Virus record (IMG/VR): IMGVR_UViG_3300037313_001572
Direction: 5' to 3' (one strand)
DNA length: 64,000 nt
From: a virus
Shown here piece by piece: positions 27,869 through 36,723 of this stretch (position 1 is its first letter; each line of letters begins with the position of its first letter). Made by a program: the position numbers and the translations under genes. The notes beneath the pieces were generated by a model. That model was not told where the DNA came from. It saw only the letters and a program-made list of their open reading frames with translations, and did not search any database.

Positions 27869-28084
27869 TTACTTGCTGTGGTTCCAGCCCTTTGCGTTGC
27901 GGGCGAAGTTCGCGCGCTTCCGCACGGCTGGGTCTGAACTGTGAAGCGCTTGCTCGAGTTTCTGCGCCGGAATCGGCTGCCCCTGCGGCGTGCCGGTGTC
28001 GCGGTGCAGTTCCCCTTTGTGCGCCGGGTTGATGTGGATGCCCGATTTCTTCGGGCCGGTGTGTGGCCAGTGTGCCATTTTCAA
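27869..28084 (-). CDS. Small basic phage protein (HKGELH..GQPIP..KL..A.HS..RKRANFA)
   Basis: Recurring small phage protein pattern (from recall). Confidence 0.6.
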   Translation of the reverse strand: MKMAHWPHTGPKKSGIHINPAHKGELHRDTGTPQGQPIPAQKLEQALHSSDPAVRKRANFARNAKGWNHSK

Positions 28085-28308
28085 TCACCTCCTTCGGCTT
28101 CGTCTTTGAGACGCTCAAAGCAGTCGATGCACGCGTACGCATCGGTGATCGGCACGTGTTCCCCCATCGCCTCGCCACCGCATACCACTTCGACATGCTC
28201 CTCGAAAGGCTCGATACGGGAGTCGGGAAGCCCCAGCTGCAGGCAGCGGAAGCACATCCGCGGCTCGGGCGAGCGGACCAGGTCCATCCGCAACAGCTGC
28301 GTGCTCAT
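28081..28308 (-). CDS. Small CxxC..CxxC protein
   Basis: CFRC and CIDC; overlaps its neighbours. Confidence 0.45.
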   Translation of the reverse strand: MSTQLLRMDLVRSPEPRMCFRCLQLGLPDSRIEPFEEHVEVVCGGEAMGEHVPITDAYACIDCFERLKDEAEGGD

Positions 28309-28463
28309 TTAACCGATCCTCCAGAAGCTCTCGTCTAAATTCACTGGCTCGCCAGCCTTAACGATTCGAAGCCCGGCACGAAGAAACCGTCTGCCCTCCT
28401 CGATTTTTTCCCAAGGCGTGGTGTCGATGGCCGCCGGTACCGTGATGATGCCGCGCCAGAGGT

Positions 28464-28787
28464 TCAGGAGTCGGAGGAATGTGTGCATGGCGCGAAGCAT
28501 GCCCGCACATAGCTCCATAGTCCAGTCCACGCTTCCTCCTCGGCGTGGCGATCGCACCGGCCGGCGATGAGTAATGCCGCCATCGCGTAACGGCTCGCCT
28601 CCCACTCGACGAGCACCCGCACCGGGCGCGCCAGGAATGGCCAGTTTCCTACCCGCTCGTGGATCCGCCAGATGCGCGTCCGCTCCCGCTGCTGCCACTC
28701 ATGGGCGCGCTCGTGAGCCAGCTGGTAGGGACTGGCGTCCGGCGGGAGAGTGATCTGCTGCGTCTGCGGGTCGTAGCTGGGCTGCAT
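28464..28787 (-). CDS. HExxH metallopeptidase-like protein (ImmA/IrrE-like)
   Basis: LAHERAH followed by VEWEASRYAMAALL; likely start ATG 28787. Confidence 0.5.
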   Translation of the reverse strand: MQPSYDPQTQQITLPPDASPYQLAHERAHEWQQRERTRIWRIHERVGNWPFLARPVRVLVEWEASRYAMAALLIAGRCDRHAEEEAWTGLWSYVRACFAPCTHSSDS

Positions 28788-29020
28788 GCCGCCGCTATTT
28801 GTCAGGGGCGAAAAAAAATCAAAATAATTCGTGACATACGCGAGGCTTAGGTTATTCGTATCAGTGCCAAGCAATCACACGACCATGACTATTCTGCTCG
28901 AATACCTCAATGCGGACGGCTCTGTCCGCTCCGCTCACATCATCCACGTCTCGGAGCTCTCCGAGTGGGAGAATACCACATCCAATCACTATCAATGCAC
29001 CTATCTCGCTAACTAACACT

Positions 29021-29929
29021 ATGCCAAGCACCAACAACAACCCTGACGCTGCTCGCGATGCAGAGCTCCCATTGCCACCGGATCCCGAAAACCTAAACGA
29101 CGACCGCGCAGGATGGGCGCAGGCTGCCATTGCTTCGTTCATCGACAAGACGAAATCGGATGACTGCGACGCAATTAGCGATCTGCTCGCCGATATCGCA
29201 CATTACTGCGACCGCAACGGATTCGACATGAAGGAGGAATTGCGGCGCGCCGCCTTCCACTATCACGCTGAAACGGATGGGGAGGGTAAACAGCTTCTTG
29301 TTGAATCGCAGGAAGAGCCTCGTGCTTCCAATGTGGATACTTCGGAACTCACGCTGGAATGCTTACTGCGCGAAGGGAAGGGCGAAATATCCTCACCGTT
29401 CCTTAACAATGATGCGCCAAAGGTGGAATGGACTTCCACCGATGCGCACAACACCTCTGGCATGCTGAACAAGCTGCAAGGATGGTTGCGGCGGTTCTCG
29501 GTCAAATGCTCCGTCGAAGTTACCTGCCTTCACATCCCAACCGCTCTCGGAGGTTGTTGGAAAGTGGGCGACGCTAATGACAATTGGGGAATGGATTTCT
29601 ACGAAGACGAGACCGATTTGTCAGAACCAACATTCTCGCTGGAGTTGCCCATTTCCTCGGATAACAACAGCAACGGCTACACGCTCGCTGCAGCCATCTG
29701 CGCGGCCATGATTGGCAGCGCCATTTCGCCCGCAGCCCGTGATTACCTTCGTGAGTCGGTGAAGCTCGGATTTGGGCATACCTACTTCAGCGCACTGCAT
29801 GATCTTTGTGACGCCAACATGCTGCTTCCGGGTGCCACTGCTGCGTATTGCACTGACGACATGTTCCGCGTCTTCCACAATGCCGTGATGGAGGAGTTCA
29901 ATAACCTGATGGAAAGGGGGACACTGTGA
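29021..29929 (+). CDS. Early hypothetical protein (acidic, multi-domain)
   Basis: NDDRAGWAQAA..DLLADIAHYCDRNG..A..HYHAE phage module; start of the plus-strand early cluster. Confidence 0.65.
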   Translation: MPSTNNNPDAARDAELPLPPDPENLNDDRAGWAQAAIASFIDKTKSDDCDAISDLLADIAHYCDRNGFDMKEELRRAAFHYHAETDGEGKQLLVESQEEPRASNVDTSELTLECLLREGKGEISSPFLNNDAPKVEWTSTDAHNTSGMLNKLQGWLRRFSVKCSVEVTCLHIPTALGGCWKVGDANDNWGMDFYEDETDLSEPTFSLELPISSDNNSNGYTLAAAICAAMIGSAISPAARDYLRESVKLGFGHTYFSALHDLCDANMLLPGATAAYCTDDMFRVFHNAVMEEFNNLMERGTL

Positions 29930-30168
29930 AAATGAAACCCATCACTCGCGGCCAATTCGAAGACATCGAACAGGCTCTTGGCCACCTGACCCTCGCGCGC
30001 GGGATGCTGCGGGGCGCAGGCTGCCCGGAAGCTGCGAAAGCCGTAACCCGTGCCATCAAATCCACCGAGGGCGCCAAACGGCATGGCGAGCGTCGCATGA
30101 TGCACTCGCCGCGCCCGGAACGGCGGCATGTTCCCGTCCGGCTGCCGGAATGCCACCGGCAGCCGTGA
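29926..30168 (+). CDS. Early hypothetical protein
   Basis: GTGA overlap with the upstream gene. Confidence 0.55.
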   Translation: MKMKPITRGQFEDIEQALGHLTLARGMLRGAGCPEAAKAVTRAIKSTEGAKRHGERRMMHSPRPERRHVPVRLPECHRQP

Positions 30169-30203
30169 GGAGCAATACCGCTCCATCCAAGCACAACTCA
30201 ATT

Positions 30204-30620
30204 ATGAAAAACGCACTCGCGCAACACGCGCTAAAATACAGCATCGGGGCAGCATCCCTCACGGAATTCGCAGCTAAATTCGGCGAACAACTTCCGGCAG
30301 TCGCCTGCGGCTGCATGGTCAGCTACGACGGTATTCCTTCCGTCACGCTCTACACGGGCAATACCTCCGATGACAAGGACAAGGCCTTGAGCCTCTACGG
30401 TGATGTCTTTGGCCGGGATGGTTGGATGGCCGAAGAGAGTCAGACTTATCGCGGCACGTTCAACTGGAGCAAGACCATTGACGGCGTCCCCGTGACCATC
30501 CTCCACGCCGAACAGCTTCCTCCGAAGCCGACCGCGATTCCGGTGCCGCCGTCCAAGTTCCCCATTCAACTGGCCGATGCCGCTCCGGTCGTGGTGGATG
30601 TAGAGGAGGATAGGATATGA
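30204..30620 (+). CDS. Early hypothetical protein
   Basis: ATG 30204 after an A/C-rich leader; protein-like composition. Confidence 0.55.
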   Translation: MKNALAQHALKYSIGAASLTEFAAKFGEQLPAVACGCMVSYDGIPSVTLYTGNTSDDKDKALSLYGDVFGRDGWMAEESQTYRGTFNWSKTIDGVPVTILHAEQLPPKPTAIPVPPSKFPIQLADAAPVVVDVEEDRI

Positions 30621-30901
30621 GCCAGCACCCGCAAATTGACGATCTGCTTCGCGAGGCGCGCGCGACTGCTCGGTGTCTCGAGCTTTCGCTTCGCCAAGCA
30701 TTGCAGGCCGCCGGTAAGCTCGAGGATCCTCTCACGTCAACGGCTTTGCACATCACGCTTTCGGGCCATGTGGAAAGCGTGACCACGATCGAGCGGCAAC
30801 TCTCCCGCATGCTCGAAGACATCCCTGCGGAATTGAAGGAGGATGCCGGTATCGACACCACGGGTATTCCTGTCATCCAACCTCGGCGCGTGACGCTATG
30901 A
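30617..30901 (+). CDS. Early hypothetical protein
   Basis: ATGA overlaps on both sides; GGAGGA upstream. Confidence 0.55.
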   Translation: MSQHPQIDDLLREARATARCLELSLRQALQAAGKLEDPLTSTALHITLSGHVESVTTIERQLSRMLEDIPAELKEDAGIDTTGIPVIQPRRVTL

Positions 30902-31167
30902 AGAAACGCCACCTGTCTCCAGAAACCCGCGCGCGGCTGGCAGCAGCCGGCCGCCGCGGCGGGAAGAGCACCAGCGCGGCCAAGGCGGCTGCGGTTGCAA
31001 AGAACGGCGCCATGCCGCGCAGGGACGGAAAACCCCGCGGCTGGCCTCGCGGAAAACCAAGGAAAAAGATTGATCCAGAGCAGAGGCAGCTGTTGCCCAA
31101 GGTGCATCCGCCGGGCTGCGCCTGTCATCGGTGCATCCGGGAACGGATCCGGGCACGGGGCGAGTAG
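30898..31167 (+). CDS. Small basic protein (GRRGGKSTSAAKAAA..KNG motif)
   Basis: KGG-like / AT-hook-like basic motif; last gene before the terminator. Confidence 0.55.
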   Translation: MKKRHLSPETRARLAAAGRRGGKSTSAAKAAAVAKNGAMPRRDGKPRGWPRGKPRKKIDPEQRQLLPKVHPPGCACHRCIRERIRARGE

Positions 31168-31179
31168 CCGCTACGCACA

Positions 31180-31834
31180 TCACAGGCCGCCCTGGTCCGC
31201 CGGGGCGGCCTTTTCTTTTACAGCGTTCCTAAGTCCAGCCTGATAGGCCGCCTGCATCGATAAGAGGATTCGTTCCGGATGCTGCAATCCCGCTTCTGAT
31301 GCCTCTGCCAGCCACAGCGCTTCGCGTTTGGCTATGAAATGGGTCAGCACCTCAATTTCAAGCAGGGTCAGCTTTACAGGCGTCGTGCTCATCCGAGTTC
31401 GGGTAGATGCGGGACGTGCTCAGTCGGCGGTCGGCGGCTGAAGGTGCTATGCTTCAGCGCGGTGCGCAGCAGCGGATCCGAGGCGGCGATTGTTTTTAGC
31501 GCCATGCAGAACTCAGCTATCGTGAGTTCGCTTTCGGCGGCCACGGGTTGGAGCTCGTCGGCGAGCCGGTGGAGGGCGAGGTGTTGCAGGTCGGGGTCGG
31601 TCATAATGTCTCGAAGTTTCTGGTTCCCTAATCCTCGCGCAGTATTTTGTGCTTGGCGTATTCGATGAGCCCGAGCGATGAGGCGCACGTTCCGCACGTC
31701 CTGTAACTGAGGTGGCAAAGCGTCGGGTCCCTGTCCTCCATCGCGTCTGTCTCGAAGACGAATAACGCCGAGTCGAAATGTTCGCGCATTAGCTCAGTGA
31801 TTTGGTTCAAGGCGGTAGTTTGTGCGTCGGTCAT
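31180..31834 (-). CDS. Three small hypothetical ORFs (31180-31392, 31389-~31606, 31628-31834)
   Basis: Overlapping start/stop chain downstream of the MTase. Confidence 0.45.
31184..31219 (+). terminator. Intrinsic terminator of the early plus-strand operon
   Basis: AGGCCGCCCTGG-TCCG-CCGGGGCGGCCT followed by TTTCTTTT. Confidence 0.7.
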
Positions 31835-31966
31835 AATGAAAGTGCTTTGGCGATTCGATGGGCTACGAGCAGTTGAGCACGGTGTCGTAGGTGCGCAGCT
31901 TCCCGTTGATGCGGATCCGTTCCCTGTAGGTGCGGTGTCCTCGTGGCCGGTGGATCGTTTGGCGCT

Positions 31967-33172
31967 TCATTGGATTGAGATGGCTCTGGTGATTCGGTCG
32001 CCGATTAGCCGAATGCAGTTAACCGCGAAGCTATTGCCGTGCGACTTGTAGCGCGGTCCGTCTTTGGCTGGTTTCCCTTTCACGGGAATTGCCGTGTAGT
32101 TGCGCGGAAATCCCTGCAATAACTCTGTCTCCCTTACGGTAAGACGCCTCACCTCGTATCTAGTTTTCCCCTCCTGGCCTGCATGGCATGCATTCCACAA
32201 TAGCCATTCGCGTGATATCGCCTCCCACACGCTGGAACTTTGCAAATTCGCCGCTCGTTCTCCTCCGAGTCCTTCCGAAGAGCCGTGAATTGATTGTCCT
32301 TCACCATGTTCGGATCGCCCCATTTCTTGAACCGCTGGTAATGCATCTCGCAATAACCCAATCCCTTCACTGGCTGCCCGCAGATGGCGCAAGACCTCCT
32401 TACACGATGCGCTCGGATGTGACAGCCACGACAAATACGCTGCAAGTTCGACCGTTCGTTGTTCGTGTGGTTCCCATCCAAATGATGAACGTCTTTCGCG
32501 TTGGGTTTCCCGCATCTCTCGCACGAGCCTTTTGGCACCATCTTCCGCGCATGGTAGTGCGTAACGGACGACTCCAAACTCTTCGATGGTCTGGCATCGA
32601 ATGCCGAAGCCATGCACTGCCGATTGCAGTATTTGCGACGGGAAAAATGAAGCAAGCACTCCAAGTCCCCATTCGGAAAACGCTTCCTCTCCAATTTCGA
32701 ACCGCAGTGCGCGCAGAACTTCAATGGTGTTGGTTTTAGTGGCATGCTCATAGGATTTTTCTTGGTGTGAAATCGCCACATACGAACGTGAGGTATCTGC
32801 CTGCTTGGAGTTTCCACACGAAAGCGTGTTGGCATTATCGTTGCCTTCCTGCACATCGGTTCCGTTGACGTGAATTGCCGTAACGACGCAGTTTCGAACG
32901 CCCTGGTCATTGTTTCCGGCGACCGCCCCGCCAGAGCGATACATGTCCGAGGTGACGGTTTGCGCGACCAGCGGCAGTCCGCGCCCGGTGCCGTCTTCCG
33001 ACGCGTCGAAGCCATCGGCCTTGAGCGTGTGTGCAACGAGGTTCGCATGTGATCCACCGCCAAGACTGGAGTCGCGCAGTGCTTGCGCTACTGGGTCGTC
33101 ATTCCACCATCCATGGCCTGTCTCTTGGAAAGTCCAGGTAGCCTCGTCAAAGAAACCTCCTTGAGGCGTCAC
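31967..33172 (-). CDS. C5-cytosine DNA methyltransferase, C-terminal part (TRD, motifs IX-X) carrying an in-frame HNH-shadow insertion
   Basis: VRRLTVRETELLQGFPRNYT (IX) and RYKSHGNSFAV (X); frame fuses to 33147..34061 if the 14-bp repeat has 1 or 4 copies. Confidence 0.8.
   Translation of the reverse strand: MTPQGGFFDEATWTFQETGHGWWNDDPVAQALRDSSLGGGSHANLVAHTLKADGFDASEDGTGRGLPLVAQTVTSDMYRSGGAVAGNNDQGVRNCVVTAIHVNGTDVQEGNDNANTLSCGNSKQADTSRSYVAISHQEKSYEHATKTNTIEVLRALRFEIGEEAFSEWGLGVLASFFPSQILQSAVHGFGIRCQTIEEFGVVRYALPCAEDGAKRLVREMRETQRERRSSFGWEPHEQRTVELAAYLSWLSHPSASCKEVLRHLRAASEGIGLLRDALPAVQEMGRSEHGEGQSIHGSSEGLGGERAANLQSSSVWEAISREWLLWNACHAGQEGKTRYEVRRLTVRETELLQGFPRNYTAIPVKGKPAKDGPRYKSHGNSFAVNCIRLIGDRITRAISIQ
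32149..32751 (-). CDS. HNH endonuclease with Zn-ribbons, nested in the +1 frame of the MTase
   Basis: CAHCG..KYCNRQC; CERCG..DVHHLDGNHTNNERSNLQRICRGCHIRAH; two CxxxxC..GYCxxH modules; ATG 32751 or 32745. Confidence 0.85.
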   Translation of the reverse strand: MSMPLKPTPLKFCAHCGSKLERKRFPNGDLECLLHFSRRKYCNRQCMASAFDARPSKSLESSVTHYHARKMVPKGSCERCGKPNAKDVHHLDGNHTNNERSNLQRICRGCHIRAHRVRRSCAICGQPVKGLGYCEMHYQRFKKWGDPNMVKDNQFTALRKDSEENERRICKVPACGRRYHANGYCGMHAMQARRGKLDTR

Positions 33173-34061
33173 TATCAGATGCCCCTCTTTCGTGCTGCTG
33201 TCCTGGCCCTTCGCGTCGCGCTCCTGAAGCGCCCACGCTACTTCCGGAATGTCCGCGCTCTGATGTCCGCGCTCTGATGTCCGCGCTCTCTACTGCGACT
33301 ACCGGGTCCTGTCCTCGCGTTTCTCCGGTTCGTTCAACACCCCTGCCACTGCTTGTAAGGCACGGCGCAGACTCGAAGGTAGTTCCTTTCCCCTGGCTTC
33401 GGCGCGGCGGAGAATTCCGGCGCAAGCCTTGGGCGTCAAGAAATAGCGGCGCGCGACTGGACCAGTCTCCAGAATCTCGGACAAGGAACACACGTCGGCG
33501 TCGTTGAGGGACAGCCCGAGGGTGTGATTCCACTCGCACGAACTGTGCATCCAGAGTGAACCACTCGACGAGCCCGCGGCTCCCAAGCGCCACACCGGCA
33601 TTTCGCCAGCCGTCTTCTGGAACGTCGACTTGGCACCCAGCCAGCTCTCCAACCACTGCAGCAAACGCCCGCCCTGCATCGTTGCTGAATAGACCGGGGA
33701 CGTTCTCGGCAATGGCCCATCTGGCTTTTGACCATTCGACGATTCGGCAGGCGACGTAGAAGAGCCCGCTTCGAGTAAGAGATCCATCTGCATGTGTGAG
33801 TCCTTTCTGTTTTCCGGCAACGCTCAAATCCTGGCAGGGGAAGCCGAAGATTACGGCGTCGATGTGGCCGAGAGCTTCGATTTGCTCCCGCGTGATCTTG
33901 GTGACGTCGCCTAGGTTTGGAACGTCTGGATAGTGGTGCCGCAGAACCGCACACGGGAACGGCTCGACCTCTGCCACGGCCACGCATTCCCAGCCGAGTG
34001 GCAGCAGGGCCACGGACGCGGCCTCGATCCCGCTGAAGAGGCTGATAAATTTGAATCTCAC
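33147..34061 (-). CDS. C5-cytosine DNA methyltransferase, N-terminal part (motifs I-VIII), frameshifted
   Basis: SLFSGIE (I), GFPCQD (IV), ENVPG (VI), VPQRRRRVF (VIII). Confidence 0.9.
   Translation of the reverse strand: MRFKFISLFSGIEAASVALLPLGWECVAVAEVEPFPCAVLRHHYPDVPNLGDVTKITREQIEALGHIDAVIFGFPCQDLSVAGKQKGLTHADGSLTRSGLFYVACRIVEWSKARWAIAENVPGLFSNDAGRAFAAVVGELAGCQVDVPEDGWRNAGVALGSRGLVEWFTLDAQFVRVESHPRAVPQRRRRVFLVRDSGDWSSRAPLFLDAQGLRRNSPPRRSQGKGTTFESAPCLTSSGRGVERTGETRGQDPVVAVESADIRARTSERGHSGSSVGASGARREGPGQQHERGASDSDASRRFL
33249..33289. repeat. 14-bp tandem repeat ATGTCCGCGCTCTG x~3
   Basis: Units at 33249, 33263, 33277 (last one 13/14). Confidence 0.95.
33299..33820 (-). CDS. Alternative-frame (+1) polypeptide within the C5 MTase (M.EcoHK31I beta-like)
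   Basis: CSLSEILETGPVARRYFLTPKACAGILRRAEARGKELP..L..AL motif. Confidence 0.6.
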   Translation of the reverse strand: MPENRKDSHMQMDLLLEAGSSTSPAESSNGQKPDGPLPRTSPVYSATMQGGRLLQWLESWLGAKSTFQKTAGEMPVWRLGAAGSSSGSLWMHSSCEWNHTLGLSLNDADVCSLSEILETGPVARRYFLTPKACAGILRRAEARGKELPSSLRRALQAVAGVLNEPEKREDRTR

Positions 34062-34241
34062 GGCATCAATAGGTTTAGGCGCATCTCTTCCACCATTTCC
34101 TGATATGCACGGTCTCTATCCGATGGGCGGATGTAGCATGGGTATTCCAGCCGCACAAAGACGTAGCTATCCTCGCTGCGATTGCCGCGCGCCTCCATGA
34201 CAAAAACGCTCTCTCGGATGGGACTGTGCTCGGTGAATTCT

Positions 34242-34604
34242 TCAATGATCGGCATGGGTGGGGATGATGTTGGGTGAAAAAGGAAGCCCGGCGAGCTCGC
34301 ACAGTTCGCGGGCGTGGTGGAGTTCGGCGTTTACAGCGTCGACATGGATACACGTCCAACGCTCTGGCTCTTCCCCGCGCCGTATAGGACACTCAATGCG
34401 GATATCGAAGTCTTTGCAGGAGCATCGACCACGGGGAAAGCCCGGGTCGTCCAAGTCGACTCGATACCAGTCGGGGCAGGCCGGGCGCTGGGAGCGGACG
34501 TCGTAGGTGCCCCGGTCGACTCTTCGCACTGCTAGAGGTTTGGCGTCCATCTCATTACGGCAATACTCCTGCGCAGCGAAGGCTGTAGTAGCTCCCGCGT
34601 CCAC
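34242..34604 (-). CDS. SWIM-type zinc-finger protein
   Basis: YDVRS..WYRVD..RCSCKDF..TCIHV. Confidence 0.65.
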   Translation of the reverse strand: MDAGATTAFAAQEYCRNEMDAKPLAVRRVDRGTYDVRSQRPACPDWYRVDLDDPGFPRGRCSCKDFDIRIECPIRRGEEPERWTCIHVDAVNAELHHARELCELAGLPFSPNIIPTHADH

Positions 34605-34809
34605 TGGTCTTTTTCACACGGACGATGAGACCCATATCGGCCAGCCGCTCGAGTCGATTATAAGAAGCCTGGGTGGATATTCTCAGCTGCTTTGCTACGT
34701 GCGTAGCCGTAGAGGGAATCTTGAGGGCGGATATTGTCGCCTGGATTCGGTTGGATGCCGTTACGCTCCCGCTGCCGCCGCAGTTAGGGCACTTGATTTT
34801 CTTGGGCAT
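34555..34809 (-). CDS. Zn-ribbon + winged-HTH protein
   Basis: CPNCGGSG; TATHVAKQLRISTQASYNRLERLADMGLI. Confidence 0.7.
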   Translation of the reverse strand: MPKKIKCPNCGGSGSVTASNRIQATISALKIPSTATHVAKQLRISTQASYNRLERLADMGLIVRVKKTSGRGSYYSLRCAGVLP

Positions 34810-35239
34810 GGATGTCCGCCTCCTTCGGTGGTTGCAGGTATCCGCGCTCCTGGAGCCGCAACCCCAGCCAGCGCGGCAGGATCCACATCACCACGCAATG
34901 GCGGGCGATGCGGCGTGCGGCCTCGATGCCCTTGCGGCGTGAGTAGATATCGCGCTGGAGATCGTAAAACTGCGCGGCGATGGCGAGGCGACGAAAGAGT
35001 CCGGCGCCGGCATTGGTGCGTGCCAGGTCTTCCACGGCCCGGATGCGGATTAGTTCCGCCTCAAAGTGCGAGGCGCATTCCTTCAGGACGAAGTAGGACG
35101 TGCGGCCCTTGCGCATCGTGCGGGTGCGACCATCGATCGCCGTCCAAGTGCTCTGTACGGTTGTCATTCGGCTGCGGGGAGCGGTGCCGCCGCAGCCGCA
35201 TTGGCAGGTAAATGTGAAGGGCGTGGGTTTAGTTGTCAT
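34784..35239 (-). CDS. Hypothetical protein (true start probably ATG 35239)
   Basis: MTTKPTPFTFTCQCGCGG..; the 380-aa call's N-terminus is only an alternative reading of the 9-bp repeat. Confidence 0.5.
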   Translation of the reverse strand: MTTKPTPFTFTCQCGCGGTAPRSRMTTVQSTWTAIDGRTRTMRKGRTSYFVLKECASHFEAELIRIRAVEDLARTNAGAGLFRRLAIAAQFYDLQRDIYSRRKGIEAARRIARHCVVMWILPRWLGLRLQERGYLQPPKEADIHAQENQVP

Positions 35240-36011
35240 TGGAAGATTCCTCTTTCGCGCAACGCTCGATGTCAGCCATAGCCACCTCGTTCTTTTCGTA
35301 GAAGCGAACTGGAGCAACTGGGATCGACGAAGACGCCTTGTAAATCTGCTTGGCAGCGAACTCGGTCGATGTCCGTTCTTCCAGTTCCTTGCCAGCCTGA
35401 CCGGCAAGCGTGACGACCCACCCAGCGCGGCAGTGGGTCGTTTCGCAGGTGTGCCAGTTTCCCATATCAAGCTTGTTTCCGTTGTTGGTAACAGCCTCCA
35501 GAACCCGCTGGTGTATGTGCTTGATTTTAGGTATCTGCATCGGGTTCTTTGCGGGCGCCATATCCGAGCAACCCGAGCAACCCGAGCAACCCGAGCAGTC
35601 CGAGCAGTCCGAGCAGCGCGAGCAGCCCGAGCAGTCCGAGCAACCCGAGCAACCCGAGCAGTCCGAGCAGTCCGAGCAGTCCGAGCAACCCGAGCAGTCC
35701 GAGCAGCGCGAGCAGCCCGAGCAGTCCGAGCAGTCCGAGCAACCCGAGCAACCCGAGCAACCCGAGCAACCCGAGCAGTCCGAGCAGCGCGAGCAGTCCG
35801 AGCAGTCCGAGCAGTCCGAGCAACCCGAGCAACCCGAGCAGTCCGAGCAGCGCGAGCAGCGCGAGCAGTCCGAGCAATTCCAACAACCTTCGTTACCGCG
35901 CTCATGCGCCCAGTTAGGGTTGGCATCGGCGAACGATTGAGAGACGCCGTTAATGGCTTTGTCCTCGCGGTTGTAGAACGTGATATAGGATTCGAAGATT
36001 TGGGTTTTCAT
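35229..36011 (-). CDS. Cys-rich (SxC)n repeat protein with C-terminal LDMxxWHxCETTHCRAGW domain
   Basis: ~36 S(D/G/R)C triplets encoded by a 9-bp repeat (~35563-35880); the C-domain is usually seen with pentapeptide repeats in phages (from recall). Confidence 0.75.
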   Translation of the reverse strand: MKTQIFESYITFYNREDKAINGVSQSFADANPNWAHERGNEGCWNCSDCSRCSRCSDCSGCSGCSDCSDCSDCSRCSDCSGCSGCSGCSGCSDCSDCSGCSRCSDCSGCSDCSDCSDCSGCSGCSDCSGCSRCSDCSDCSGCSGCSGCSDMAPAKNPMQIPKIKHIHQRVLEAVTNNGNKLDMGNWHTCETTHCRAGWVVTLAGQAGKELEERTSTEFAAKQIYKASSSIPVAPVRFYEKNEVAMADIERCAKEESSNDN

Positions 36012-36723
36012 ATTGTTAATTCACTTTTTAGCGTGACTCGTTTGGGTTGTCTACAGACAATTTGCATCTGAATTCTTCAGTAATCTTATTCTCGCAATTT
36101 AATTCCTCCTCCCTTAAGGCATCCCTAACTCTGGTTGCCTGCTGCTCGCTGCACCGGAATTCCAGAAGCATCTCGTGAACGGTCGGAAGTTCCTTTCGAG
36201 TCCGCAGCTTGGTGATGATGGTCGAGTCTTTCATTGTTTCGATGCGGTGACTGCTACGAGGGTGAACGTCATGGCCGCGAATAGTCCGACGATTTGCGGA
36301 ACAGGATGGGTGGCCGTGAGGCTGGCATGCAGCATTATCGCCGCGACCAGAAAGCTAAGTTGATTGGCGCTCATGGCCGGTGACACTCGCAGTTGCAGCT
36401 TGCGATGCGAAGACCGCGCTGGCTGGCGCAGTGGGTCGCGTTCTGGTGCGCGCAGTCGCAGGGCGCTCGCAGCGGATGCGGATACTGGTGCGGCTGCGGG
36501 CCGGCGTGCTGCGGGAAGCGCGGCAGCGTGGACGGGTCGGGTTGTTCCTCGGATGGATGTGATGTGCTCATGGTTTCTTTTTCTCGTATTCTCGAAGCGC
36601 GCGGCGACCACAGCTCTTGCAATACCGTCCGCATGGCGCGTTTCGATCGTTGTAAAGTTCAACCGTCGCGACCTTTCCGCATCTGCAACGGTATTTAGGT
36701 ATTTCTCTCAGGTGTGGCATAAG

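Noticed and set aside
35563-35880. Possible CRISPR array
   Set aside because: Contiguous 9-bp units without spacers, inside a CDS; no cas genes
35410-35940. QPE/QSE-repeat, poly-Leu/Gly, PSSPSN and ARTARV ORFs
   Set aside because: Alternative readings of the same 9-bp repeat; the SxC frame has protein-like unique sequence on both sides
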